Counted from the first letter of the stretch, positions 26,161 to 39,159 are shown. The stretch is DNA of 64,000 nucleotides from Heptranchias perlo (GCF_035084215.1 NC_090357.1:8370001-8434000); one strand, 5' to 3'. Notes: generated from the letters alone by a model not told the origin. Program-made: numbers and translations.

Positions 26161-29100
26161 TTTCAGATTAGGACATTATATAATTTTTTTAAAAGCTCAG
26201 ATTTTAAATAAAGAAGTCTCCATACTAGTCACATCAAGAAAACAAGCTGCTCAATGAGAATGCGAGAGATATTACATTGCTGGAGGAGTTACATTGCCAC
26301 TTCTCTTCAGAAATTGCAAAAGAGCCATAATTCACAAGTAGCACAATTATTTAGGTCTTCACTGAGATCTCAGGAAAGCTGCGTTACCAGTGTATTTGAA
26401 AGCGTCTGATTGGAACAAAATTTAATCCAAACTCAAAATGTGTATTCACAAGAACAGTACAGACTAGGGTTAGATATAGTGTGAACTGTAAATTAATGAT
26501 CCAGTTTGTTGACTCAATACATCAGTAGGTTTTTTTTAAAGCATCCAATACAGTTCTTGCAAATCAGTTCAAGCGCTCTGAGTACATTCTCTTGGTATTC
26601 AAACTAATGATTCTTGAGTTGAAAGAAGATGTATTAAAGTAGCAACTACACCAAATCTCTTATTTCAAAATACTAATATCCACTTTGAGATTAGCATTCC
26701 AGTTAAGCAGGGACATACACATATTCATATTCCTTCTTTAAAGCTGTGTAGTAGATACTTGTATTTTTTAAGGGAAAAAAGCCTAGTAAGGCTTGCAATC
26801 TAACAGCTCCAGTAACAAGATACAAAACTCCCATTCAGAGGAACCAAGTTTGAATTCCAGCCTTGACTGACATTCAAACTGCACTACTCAGTTCTCAGCA
26901 AGATGGAGCACTTCACAATGGAAAAGGGAATGTCCCACACTAGGAAAGCCTGCCTTCTCCTGAGCACCATAGAGCAACACTAACACCAACCAGGAAGTGG
27001 TCCAAAATCTAGATCATCCCACCTAGTTTGCTAAGGAATAACAAAGCAAAAGTCATCCTTCAAAACTAGGATATCAAAAACGAAATGCACATTCGACATG
27101 TTGGAAAAAAGAATCTGTAAACAACAAAAATAGTAGAAAGTTTTCTATTAATCTTGCAAGTAAGTTTTTAAATATAGCGTACATGAATAAAATGATGTCT
27201 AACTAGAAAGAAACAAAAGTCTTTCATAGATCATAGAAACAAATCTGATCCCTACACTCTGAAATAATGAAGACGACATTCATATATACAAGTATCTGTG
27301 GTCTGACCAATGGAAAATTTAGAGGTGATCTATTTTTAATCAAAATCCAGCATTATTGTGGTCGCTCCACATTGTAGTGGCTGGGGTAAGAGTATTTACA
27401 TACAATTAGCGTACACACTGTGCTGTAAAATACTCCAAATTCATTATTTAAAAAAGATGAGGTAGAACAAAATAGAAGTAGCAAAACATTACTTTCTTTT
27501 TTTAAACAAAATCTAAGTGGCATTTTAATGAAATAGGATACACTTATAGTGATAAACATTAACTAATTGTATTGTTATTATCAAATGATAATCAATTAAA
27601 GTACTGGTAACTTCAGAGGCTATAAAAGGTAAAGGATGGCCAAGTACAATTTCTGAAGTACTTATATTTGACAACATAGATCTAAACAAACTATTTATAT
27701 CAAAACCCAAGTTTAGTATCACCTATTAATATTACCTAATTTGCCTTGTATTCTCTTGAGTTGTTTTCAACCTCAAAAGTGTTTTCCACTATGGATATAA
27801 ATTTCTCAATTTTAAAAAGCATGAAGTGAGTACATAAAAACAGTTACGTACAAAGAAATTATTACATTCAAAAAATGTGACACAAGAGACTCAGAAACCA
27901 CCAAACTACAAAAGAGTTTACAACTATCATCTAACTATACATTTATATGCTTGAATTATTTCCCTTCATAAAATGGTTTAACTATTATGCAAGAATTACA
28001 TGTTAGGTCCAATTGTGTGTCAGCAATGGCTAGTTATTCGTACATATGCATTTAAAAGATTTAAAGCAAGCTAAAAATTACTTTTAAAAAAAAACTGAAT
28101 TTATAAAGTTGAATTATGATGCTAGACAAAAATCAGTACATTCAGCAACAGATCTGGGAGAGTGGGAGCATGTTGATCCAATAGATAGTAAACAAACTCC
28201 AATTGCAATGTGCACAGTGCACTGTGGTCCTAAATTCATGAAGCATCTTTAGCAGTTTTTTGTTAAAACAGGTTACTTCTAATAAAGAACAGTACATGTG
28301 AAGTGTGGCAGGTACATTTTTATATTCTGTAATGCTAACAGGGCCCGATGTTTATTTACCGCAGGCCAATGACTCGTTAATCTAAAGACTCTGCAGTCTT
28401 AATTGCAAGCCCCATTAGATTGAAAAATATAAATCATACAACTTATACTTAAATCAATGTTACTTTCACTGATTTTAAAAGTTTAAAATGTTTACCAGTT
28501 TTTGGCACAGCCTCATCAGAATGGGAATGTGAGGCTTTTCTGATATAAAACATGAATGTACTCTCAGAACCCCAGGGGTGTGTTAATATTTTTGGTGAGT
28601 CCCCCACACAGGTAAGATGGAAGAAAATGCTAAAGGGGAACATGGAACAACCTAGAAGCTTGCCTACCCATTCTTGTCCAGGGAATGCCATACAGCATTG
28701 GAAGATCTAAAGGTAGGATTTTTCTTCACTGAGAATGGGGCAAGCATTAAAACCCATAAAATAATTTCACCAAATCATTACATACACTTTATAAAGTTCA
28801 TTCAAGAATTCCAAATAACATTCAATTAGCTCATGAAATAAAAAGCAAATTAAAACCTACTTAATATACTGATTTTATTGAAACTGCAGTATATCTCTAC
28901 CCCAGTAGACTTTTCAGCCTTCAACACACAGATGCATCTGCAAAACCATTTTCTATCAATCTGTAATGTGAATTTTACAAAGGAGAATAAGATTTTGCAG
29001 ATATGCTACTGCTGTCATCAAAGGCATATTAAATTACATTTTTATTTGGCAGAAACATTGCAATTTGTTGTAGCCAGACAGATATAACCCTGGACAATAC

Positions 29101-29404
29101 AGAAAAGTATATGTAAAGTTCTGATTTAAGGGCGGTGCAGCAGCAACTAAGGAACACAACTAAATAACAATGCCTCAAGGTTTGCGAAAAAAACTATCTT
29201 TTCTGTACAATGCAACTACTTTTAAAACAGTAGGAATGTTATCAAGTTTCCTCTTACTTACCCCAATGAATATAATTGTTCATAATTGGAGGCATATAGG
29301 TAGGAACATACATCATCCTCTCCTGAGCCGAGCACACCAGTTTCAATTGAAAGTGCATTTGGAATTACAGGCAATATTCTTCTACAGAAAGTACAACAGT
29401 TTGG

Positions 29405-29495
29405 TCTCTAAAATGGAATATACCAAGGAATATACAGCATGGGCTTGATGGACTGAATGGCCTCATTCTGTGTTGTAACCATTCTATGATTCTAT
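29405..29495 (+). mobile_element. CR1 3' tail fragment
   Basis: ggcttgatggactgaatggcctcattctgtgttgtaaccattctatgattctat. Confidence 0.75.
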
Positions 29496-30237
29496 ATACA
29501 CCAGATTTGTAATTCTGGGCAGTTCAGTATCATCAGACAGTTCCCTAAGGTGAAAATGAAGTTTAAAAACAGACTCCAACCATCATCCAGTGTACAGAGA
29601 TTAAAACTGATCCAGATGTTGTGGATGACAAGTTCAGCACAGCCCAGTTTAGTGCTGAGTACATGATCCTCCCAGCAGACTGTCATTTTACACTTTTCAT
29701 CTCATAAAAGATGATCTGCAGTCAGTGCTTAGCTCAACACGGAAAATGGGGTGGGTGTTAGATTCAGTAACGTGTATTCGGCATCCAAAAGTTTAGGAAG
29801 CATCTAAGGATAATTACCGACCAAATATGAAAGTCAATCATTGGCAGCTTCAAAATATAAAATAATTTATGCCAGTTAGTTTAACTTTAATTTCTAGCCT
29901 TAAAAACTGTAAGCTACTAGGTACAAGGTTCACCTCTGGCTCATAGGTAACAGTACTACCAACTGAGCCAAGTTAACACAACGATGAAAATTGATGTAAT
30001 CTGCATCACCATTTTGAATTAACAAATGATGGTATGCTTTAAATAGTTATAGTACTTTAATCAAAACACCACACTCAAAAAAGTAATCTAATGCTAAAAA
30101 GTTATCACCGCAGAACAAGTCCCATCATTACTGGATAAAGAGTATATGAAGATATTGGTTTCGGACTTCGTAATTAGATGTTGGTGTTTGGACTTCCAAG
30201 GAGCAGGTTTGGTCAGTGGAAATGAAACCCAAACAAT

Positions 30238-31970
30238 GGACTCGATATTAGGAGGGAGGCGGGTTGGCAGCAGGGGGGTCGACTGGGCGCGTGGGTAACG
30301 CGCCCAGTGAAATCGGTGGGTTTGGCATGTGATCGTAAATAAATCGAAGCCACTTACCTTGGCTTCCGGGTTTCGCGCTGGAAAGCTGCGCAGTGGGTGG
30401 ACTGTGCACCCACTTCATAGGCTGTCAGCTGGAGGAGCCCTATTTAAAGGGGCAGTCCTCCACTGACTGATTCTGCAGAAAACAGGCAAATTACAGCATG
30501 GAGCAGCCCAGGGGGAAGGCTGCTCCCAGGCTTAATGATGCCTCACTCCAGGTCTTACTGGATGGGGTGGGGTGAGGAGGAGGAGGAGGGAGATCTTCCA
30601 CCCGGCGGATGGGAGGAAGTGGCCTATCTCTGCCACCACGAAGGCCTGGCTCGAGGTGGCAGAGGAGGTCACCAGCACCACCAACATATCACGCACCTGC
30701 ATACAGTGCATGAGGCGCTTCAATGACCTAACCAGGTCAGCTGAAGAGAGTACTTTTACTCATTCCCCTACCCTCCGTCTGCCCCATCACTGCCCCCACC
30801 CCACATCTCCTTCTGCACTGCCAACACTACTCTATCACATCACTCCTCACACCCACTGAACCCTCATCCTCATCTTTCCTGCACTTCCTCACCTCCCCAG
30901 TACTCATCCCACCACTACCACTCAACCCAATCCTCATACAATCTCATGGCTCTGTCTCATACTCAACCTCTCATGCATCTCTTTGACGGTCAGCCTCACC
31001 CAACCTGCCACTACGTGTGCTGCAGCCATTGGGCATGCATCATATATGTGTAGTAGGAAGCATAAGGCAAATGTGTCGTGAGCATGAAGGGGATGCACAA
31101 GGGTGTTTGAGGGTTTGTCATGGTTTTTTACTTATATTTGATTTCTGATCAACTCACATTACATATTATATTATCACCACTACTGCCACGTCTTGGCCAT
31201 TCTTGACTGGCTTGTGCAATAAGGCCCTTTCATGAGGTTCCCCATGAACACCCTTGATGCCACCCATTGGGTCACCCTACAGTGGGTGTATGTGTAGTTG
31301 CACGACTACTTTGTGCAGGTGCCTGTTGCGCAGCACTGTGTTGTGTAGCTCCACGTGGCGGAGGTGGACGGCGTGCCTGGCGAGGCTGGTGATGTTGCTC
31401 GACCTCCACTGGAGTGATGAATGCAGCTATGGAACACCCCACCCCCAATCCTGACGGTGTGAGTGTGAGGGGATCCGCAAAGTAGGTAAATTTGTTTGGA
31501 CAGCATAGTTTAGAGTTTGATGTAATAATTTTGAGTGTGGAGACAATGGTGTGGCAGGCAAAACTTTGACTGAGGTGACAGGGTGCCCTCCTGCAATGAA
31601 TGAGGTATTCCCCCCAACTGTCAAGGAATCCTCTGCATCTTCCAATGGCTGCTGACTGAAACACGTCTGCAACAACAGGGAGTGTTTCCCACAGCATGGA
31701 AAACACGCTGAGGAGAGTCCAAAATCACATCCCTGCTAAATTCTCTTCCCATTGAGGTCTGTCAATGACCTCAAGTACCTCCCTAACTATCTAAACTGTC
31801 ATCCCGCCGGCTTTAATTGCCGCTAGGAGTCCCGCATGCGGGGGCTGCGTGCGCACCGATTTGCGTCATTGGGGAACCTGGAAGTGGGCGGGTTGAAGCC
31901 GGGCTCCGGACCTGCTCCGGGATTCCCCAAATTTTAGGAACCCCCTCCCCCCCATGACCCCAATATATTC
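30238..31970 (-). mobile_element. Internally deleted non-autonomous Harbinger, related to and inverted relative to 9300-13562
   Basis: Myb exon 1 on + from ATG 30498 (KAWLEVAEEVTSTTNISRTCIQCMRRFNDLTRSA), shared 3' UTR segment, transposase 5' region on -. Left end GGACTCGATATT is preceded by AAT. Right end is degraded. Confidence 0.85.
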
Positions 31971-32991
31971 AATCACTCATTCTGTATTCTGTTTATAATC
32001 CTACTCCTACTAATTTTGTGCAAAATAAGTTAATTGTTGATTGTTATCTTTCAGCTGGAACATCACATCACAGTAAAATGTCTGATGACATCAGTGCTTC
32101 AGTATGTTGTCATTAAAATGAAAATATGATTGAATCACAGCTCTGTTAGAAGTGAAGAACATCCAGTGTTCACCCAGAGCAAACAAAATATTCTACAAGT
32201 CACCTCGCATCATTTCTCAAAACCAAAGAAGTTACAAATCTGACCTCAATGTCTTCAATATGGTTTCTAAGTAGTTACAGTATTTTGTAAGTGTGCTGGC
32301 ATCTATTGATGGGATTAATACCACAAAAGTCATGATTTTTATATTGATAATCTAGATAGCCCAAGGCCTTTCTGCAGCTTTTAACTGGAATATCACTGCA
32401 CAATTGAACTTACGGTGAACACTAAAGTTATAGCCAACTACCAGTCCAAGACCAGGAGATGCCAAGTGCAAGCCCAGTGGGCAGCACCCGAGGTATGTTG
32501 CTGGCTGCAAATTGCATTCCACCAGCCAGGAGAGAGACTCCTGCCCTTGCATCCTTACATAATTTCGTAGCTCACCATTCCACTGCCTGAAAAATGTTAA
32601 TATTTTTACAGCATAGATGCTAGTGTCTGCTTACCTAAAATGTTTTTAAAATGCTCTTGTTAAATCTATAAAGTACCTAATAGGTCCTCAGTATTTTTAA
32701 AATCTGGTTTGACACTTCACCAGAGTTAACAACACCATGATGCATGTGCTCTGTCTATATCGGAGAAAACCCACAGACTTCTCAAGGCATCAAATTTGTT
32801 GCTTCACAATTCTGATGGTCTACTCAATGATGGCTCTAGTAGAAGTGATGGACTCACACCACTGCTCTCAAGTCTGATCAGGACCTTGCAGTGACACCAA
32901 AATAGGGAATATCATTTTACCCTAACACTATTACTATCACATCTATTAACATAACAACAATTCAAGAAGAAAATGTACTAATTGTAAACTA

Positions 32992-33100
32992 CGACAACAA
33001 TTTGCATTTATATAGCACCTTTAACATAGAAAAAGTCCCAAGGTGCTTCACAGGTGGGTAATCAGACAAAAACTGACACTGAGCCAAAGGAGACATTACC
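32992..33100 (-). mobile_element. L2-type LINE 3' end fragment
   Basis: Minus strand tgaagcaccttgggact...ttaaaggtgctatataaatgcaaattgttg, a typical L2/partner-SINE tail. Confidence 0.65.
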
Positions 33101-33299
33101 ATACACGTTTACTGTTTCTTTAAAATGAGTCACGAAGAGAAATGAAAATAAGTACAATAAAAATAACAAATTGAATTCAACCTATCTTACGAACAGATGA
33201 AAATGGACAATGAAACGACCAGCTGGTCCATTAAGCTTCTTCTATATTATCATGATGTGACTTCCACACATTACCCCCCTCCACCCCCACCCACACAAT

Positions 33300-33700
33300 A
33301 TCCTGGGAGAGGAAAAAAATCTTATGCCAATTTAGGAACTGACTCTGGGAAATTCTTCTCCGACCCCTAACGGCACTCAGACAAGTTCCAGGAGATACAC
33401 ACCCCAATAGTCTACACTTTTCTGGAGTAAAAAGGCCCTGCTCTCTAAGCCTAGCATGGTAATTGAAAGTTTTTAAACTAGGTACCAATCTCGTGGCCTT
33501 CCTCTAAACCTTTTCCAGGAGCTCTACATCACCCACCATAAGAAGGGTCCACAACTGGACACAGTATTCTAGATAAGGCCTGACCAAGGTCTTGTACAAA
33601 TTGCTGGACTATAACTTGGTGTTGTAAAATTGTTTACAATTGTACAAAGACAGAATAGTATTTCTTGTTTTGCATTTAATCGTCCTAGCAACACATCCTG
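33300..33700 (-). mobile_element. Old CR1 fragment
   Basis: Minus strand reads LYKTLVRPYLEYCVQLWT-like and LGLF-like RT C-terminal sequence. Confidence 0.7.
33601..33639 (+). mobile_element. 39-bp Penelope-like terminal fragment with 9-bp TSD
   Basis: Identical by eye to 60978-61016. Flanked by TTGTACAAA at 33592-33600 and 33640-33648. Confidence 0.8.
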
Positions 33701-36580
33701 GCTGTAAGGTTAATTATGTAAAACAGCAGGCCATTGGTGTTAGTAAAATGAGATGATGTCCTGAACAAGTCTTTATCCCACAGAATTCTGGCACATAATC
33801 AGGAAGGAAGATAACTGCGACATGGGCCATGGAGGTTTCACTGCAACTGCAATGTCCAGGCAATAAATATTACTACATGTAGGAATGTTTAATATAATGT
33901 GACCATCTACCTTGCAAGGAATTTTGGGCAGGATTTATACTGCACTCTTTATAAAGTCAAATCAATGTAAGGCAGTTTCTCGGAGGAGTTTCATACGTCA
34001 GAGTTTAAGTGCAGTCAGCAGTCTTCAGTGTTAGACTGCCACATGCGTATTGATGGCCACCTAAAACTACTTTGCATGAAACAAAATTGGCAGCATAAAT
34101 GCAAAAATATGTAGAACTTTATGAAGTCTTTTGAAATACAACACACAATTCCCATTATGACAACATTTTTACACAGGGCTTTCAAATGCCATATCTCCAC
34201 AGAAGCAGGTGCAACTCTCAAAATGGCAGCTTCTTGTTATCATTCATCTAAATGAAGGTGCTGAGTAGATTTGACGTTTCACAGGCAGCAAAATAAATCA
34301 GAACATGAACACTAGGGCTACTCTCAAAAAAAAAGGTATTGTCAGAGTGCTGGGAAGTTGCCTACCTGTCCTTTCAATAAAGTTGTGGTGGGCATTTAGG
34401 TGGAAGGGAACTACATGAGACTTTTTTTTTTTGAAACTATACTTTAAAAATAAATGAAAAACACAAGCCTGAGACTGAGTCAACTTACTGTTTCAACAAT
34501 TGATAATTGGAACAGGAGATCTAAATGAATTTGATGCAGTAGATTTTCTTTTATTCTTGATTATTTTTGCCCTTTTCTTTCACAGGACCCTTTATTTTAG
34601 TCATATATGTACACATACCAATACAGAATTTGTAAATAAACAGAACCAAAAAAAAAATCAATATAAGTGTATAATGTCAAGTATTCAGTTTTTAAAAAAA
34701 ATAGTACCAGAAAATAAAATCCATAGGACAGAACACCATAAAAATTCTGGAAAAGCATTGGGCTCAAAAAAAGTATCTAATGCAGGGTCACCATCCAGAA
34801 CTGCAGTGTGGAGTAAGAAAACTACTTTCTGCCCACTCATTCCAGGGTCCGTGAGGTCGCCAAAGTGGTACCTTTGTCTTCAGGGAAGTATGAATAAGTA
34901 TACAGAGGTCATCCTTCCCGCCCCCCCCCACCCCACCCAAAGACCTAAGCCCGACTTCCGGATCATTTTACGGTCATCACGATCATGTATTCTCATCCAT
35001 CCAAGAGGGAAGAATGGTTTGAGCTACTGGTTTTCCAGTAACTGCCATCAATGCTGTTTTGTCAGCCATGAATTGTTCAGCTGTTAGCCACTTCTCTTCC
35101 CTTTTCACTCCTGCTCCCCCGCCACCCCCCCAACAAAACAGAACAGCATTCCATCTATTGGCTAGGCTGAGAACTGCCAAAACTCACCCAATCAAGGTAA
35201 GTGAGATCAAGTGACAAACATTCTTAAAATTCAAACTTCTGTATACAGGCCAAAAATTCACTTGGTTGCACCATCAGACTGCCATAGCTTTATTAATGAA
35301 AATATTGAATATTTAATGAAATGAATACTCCCTTTTATAGTACCCACAAACCTATTTCAATTTGCTGATGAATCTCTCTGATTTTCTCTACTCTTTTTGC
35401 TAATGCAATTCTTACTTTCAGGTGTACACTGCTTTCCTCGCTGCATCATATTTTTCAACTAAAGGACAGCCTAATGAGATTTGGGAAACTGCGAAGTAAA
35501 GTATTTTTGGGGGCCTATGTACATATACATATAGCATGACAATTTATGAAAAAAACCACAAATCCTATGGTAAGAAACCATATGCTAACTTTAGCATAAA
35601 TAATGTAGAATTATTTTCTTCTTGAGTTATACAAGTAATAATTAATTGCTTATAGACATTTGTATTGCTTCCAGTCAATCCATTTTCTAAAGGAACCTAA
35701 AATCTGTAGAAATGTTACTGAGGTAACAAATTACTGTTCAAGTAGAACCTGTCTCCAGGCACATGGGCAGACGTACTGATGGTTCCCAGCACAGCCATAT
35801 TTGAAAGAACCCAGAGGGTGATGAGAGGAAATCACTTATCTATCAAGTTCAGTGAAGACGTAACAAGAGTTTGAAGTGTTGGAGGTAGCTCCTCAGTACT
35901 TAACCAATATTTAAATCATAGCGGGTAGATCTGAACAAGCCTTTGTTCAAAAGAATTCAGTCTGAGGAGAACGAAACACCTTTGAACCAAGCTCATATCT
36001 AATTGGGCAAATTTGCATAATTGGTGTAACAAATTACTGTTCAGATATAACAAATTAGTGTTCATGGGTGAACATGACAAGGCAGAACTGTTTAAAAAAA
36101 ACACACTAACATAGAGGGATTAAAATTTATAGAATGACAATTGAGGGGTTATAATTTTCACTTAATGCCACAAGTACGTGCTGAGTGGACATTTTGCCCA
36201 AATTACACATTATCCCTTTTACAAACCTAACCAGAAACAGCCTTGGTCTGCATCATGTATGGCTGCTGAAGTACATACTCTTTTTGATTATATTCAGTTA
36301 AGCATACTGTTTTGTGGGACCAGCCAACAGCCACAATTACAAGTTAACCCTGCGTAGCCTGTACTTATTCAGGTTCAATTTGAAACATGCACAAAAATAT
36401 CAAACTCTATATTCCAGAAATTGCAGTCAATTTTTGGTGCTCTTTAAGTAGCTAGTAAATGTTCCACCCTCATGATTTCTAACCACAAATCTTTGAGCTG
36501 CAGCGTATAAAAATTTCTATTGGCTAAGTTGGATGTTTCAAATGATTTCAACATAAAGGCTTTGCACTCAGGATATTTCC

Positions 36581-36635
36581 TTTTCCCCTCTCACTTTGTA
36601 CTAAGTATTCCTCCCCCTCATTTACTCTTACTGTT
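36581..36635 (+). repeat. 55-bp direct repeat, copy 1 (copy 2 at 39101-39159)
   Basis: ttttcccctctcactttgtactaagta...tttactcttactgtt. The copies differ by one 4-bp insertion and one substitution. Confidence 0.9.
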
Positions 36636-36711
36636 ATTCTAAGTTTCCAAAGATGCTGACCACTCATTGGTATCTTGTCCAAAAAGCCATTCTCCCCATG
36701 TCAGCTTATAT

Positions 36712-37005
36712 CACAAGATCACAAGATAATTACAGAGGAGGAAGACCGTTCATCCCATCTTAATTCATCCATCTGGAATAACCCTCAAATTCCCACACTG
36801 TAGAATCCAATTGGTTATTAAATGATACGAGAGTTTTCAACTCCACTACTCTATCTGGGAGCACATTCCATATGTTGATCACTTTTTGTGTGAAGAAGAA
36901 CTTCATGATATCAGTCTAAAATTTGCCTTTCACTAGTTTGAACCTATGGCTCCTTGTCCTACTTTCACAATTTAAAGTTATTTTCCAACTTTACCTGTTC
37001 CATAC
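36712..37005 (-). mobile_element. Old CR1 3' end
   Basis: tcacaagatcacaagat tail, tgtgtgaagaagaacttc, ttgaacctatggctccttgtcct. Confidence 0.7.
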
Positions 37006-37011
37006 CATTAA

Positions 37012-38690
37012 TGTCTAACTAATCTAATATATTTTTTTGGCAAAGTTACAAGGTTAGTGGCTGGGAGCCTCCCAGTAGACGTGGTCTCATAGAGTCATAG
37101 AGTTATACAGCACGGATAGAGGCCCTTCGGCCCATCGTGTCCGCGCCGGCCATCAGCCCTGTCTACTCTAATCCTATATTCCAGCATTTGGTCCGTAGCC
37201 TTGTATGCTATGGCATTTCAAGTGCTCATCCAAATGCTTCTTGAATGTTGTGAGGGTTCCTGCCTCCACAACCCTTTCAGGCAGTGAGTTCCAGACTCCA
37301 ACCACCCTCTGGGTGAAAAAGTTCTTTCTCAAATCCCCTCTAAACCTCCCGCCTTTTACCTTGAATCTATGTCCCCTTGTTATAGAACCCTCAACGAAGG
37401 GAAAAAGCTCCTTAGTATCCATCCTATCTGTGCCCCTCATAATTTTGTACACCTCAATCATGTCCCCCCTCAGCCTCCTCTGCTCCAAGGAAAACTAACC
37501 CAATCCACCCTGTCTCTCTTCATAGCTGAAGCGTTCCAGCCCTGGTAACATCCTGGTGAATCTCCTCTGCACCCTCTCCAAAGCGATCACATCCTTCCTG
37601 TAGTGTGGCGACCAGAACTGCACACAGTACTCCAGCTGTGGCCTAACCAGTGTTTTATACAGCTCCATCATAACCTCCTTGCCTCGACTAATAAAGGCAA
37701 GTATCCCATATGCCTTCTTTACCACCTTATCTACCTGTTCCGCCGCCTTCAGGGATCTGTGAACTTGCACACCAAGATCCCTCTGACCCTCTGTCTTGCC
37801 TAGGGTCCTCCCATTCATTGTGTATTCCCTTGCCTTGTTAGTCCCTCCAAAGTGCATCACCTCGCACTTTTCCGGGTTAAATTCCATTTGCCACTGTTCC
37901 GCCCATCTGACCAACCCATCTATATCGTCCTGCAGACTGAGGCTATCCTCCTCGCTATTTACCACCCTACCAATTTTTGTATCATCAGCGAACTTACTGA
38001 TCATACCTTTTACATTCATATCCAAGTCATTAATGTAGACCACAAACAGCAAGGGACCCAGCACTGATCCCTGTGGTACCCCACTGGCCACAGGCTTCCA
38101 GTCACAAAAACAACCTTCGACCATCACCCTCTGCCTTCTGCCACTAAGCCAGTTTTGTATCCAAAGTGCCAAGGCACCCTGGATTCCATGGGCTCCTACC
38201 TTCTTGACCAGTCTCCTGTGGGGGACTTTATCGAAGGCCTTACTGAAATCCATGTATACCACATCCACTGCGTTACCCTCATCCACACGCCTAGTCATCC
38301 CCTCAAAAAAATTCAATCAAATTAGTCAGACATGATCTTCCCTTGACAAAGCCATGTTGACTATCCCTGATTAATCCTTGCTTCTCCAAGTGGAGACTAA
38401 TTTTGTCCTTCAGAATTTTTTCCAATAATTTTCCTACCACTGATGTTAGGCTCACTGGCCTGTAGTTCCCAGGTTTTTCCCTACTCCCCTTCTTGAATAA
38501 TGGTATTACATTAGCGGTTCTCCAGTCCTCTGGCACATCCCCTGTGGCCAGAGAGGTTCTGAATATATGTGTCAGAGCCCCCGCAATCTCCTCCTTTACT
38601 TGGTCTACTTGGACTTCCAAAAAACCTTCGACAAGGTACCTCATAACTGGGTACTCTACAAGACAGAATCTTGTGGTATCGCTGGGGATA
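37012..38690 (+). mobile_element. Old plus-strand CR1 RT fragment split by a younger CR1 (halves 37012-37087 and 38601-38690)
   Basis: Rejoined halves read in frame: CLTNLIYFFGKVTRLVAGSLPVDVV|YLDFQKTFDKVPHNWVLYKTESCGI. Confidence 0.8.
37088..38600 (-). mobile_element. Young 5'-truncated CR1 LINE with RT domain and 6-bp TSD
   Basis: ORFs 38303-38600, 37495-38316 ([16 protein letters not shown]) and 37174-37488. Tail of CTCTATGA repeats. TSD TGGTCT at 37082-37087 and 38601-38606. Confidence 0.95.
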
Positions 38691-38715
38691 TTCCCACCCA
38701 ACATCCCCCAATAAA

Positions 38716-38871
38716 GGGGGCAATTTTGACTTTGTGCTACAGTGTAAAACGGGGGATAGCAAATTGCCAGCCCCATTTTACATCTCTCCCGATTTTTATT
38801 TCCATTGACTTCAATGATATGGATAGCTGATTCACTATTTTACACTAACGCACAAAGTCAAAATTACTCCC
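38716..38871. mobile_element. Small MITE (156 bp) with ~34-bp imperfect TIRs
   Basis: GGGGGCAATTTTGACTTTGTGCTACAGTGTAAAA versus reverse complement of the right end GGGAGTAATTTTGACTTTGTGCGTTAGTGTAAAA. Confidence 0.8.
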
Positions 38872-38874
38872 AAG

Positions 38875-39060
38875 GACTTTCCAGCAGGAGTCAGTGATTA
38901 ATGATCAGGAATGGTGACTCTGGCTGATTTTATCTGTTCTTCCTCTATAGCTCAGGAGTAATGAAGCCAATTGCCATTAGCTAACTCAGCAAAAGCCAGG
39001 GATCAAACCTGGGAAGTTTGTGATCTGTGTATGCTTGTTGCTAACTGAGCTATCAGGGGA
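38875..39060 (-). mobile_element. Ancient tRNA-derived SINE, 5' half (same family as 14385-15735)
   Basis: Minus strand tagctcagttag...cccaggtttgatccctggc...gctgagttagct...aatcagccagag...cctgctggaaagt. A likely 3' half lies at about 36640-36710. Confidence 0.6.
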
Positions 39061-39100
39061 GGAGGAGAAATAGGAAGGATTTCAGATGATTAAAAAAACA

Positions 39101-39159
39101 TTTTCCCCTCTCACTTTGTACTAAGTACGTATTCCTCCCCCTCGTTTACTCTTACTGTT
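39101..39159 (+). repeat. Direct repeat, copy 2 of 36581-36635
   Basis: Direct sequence comparison. Confidence 0.9.

Noticed and set aside
34500-35087. 195-aa plus-strand ORF
   Set aside because: Non-ATG start, no recognisable domain, and it crosses A-runs and a MITE-like fragment. Likely a chance ORF.
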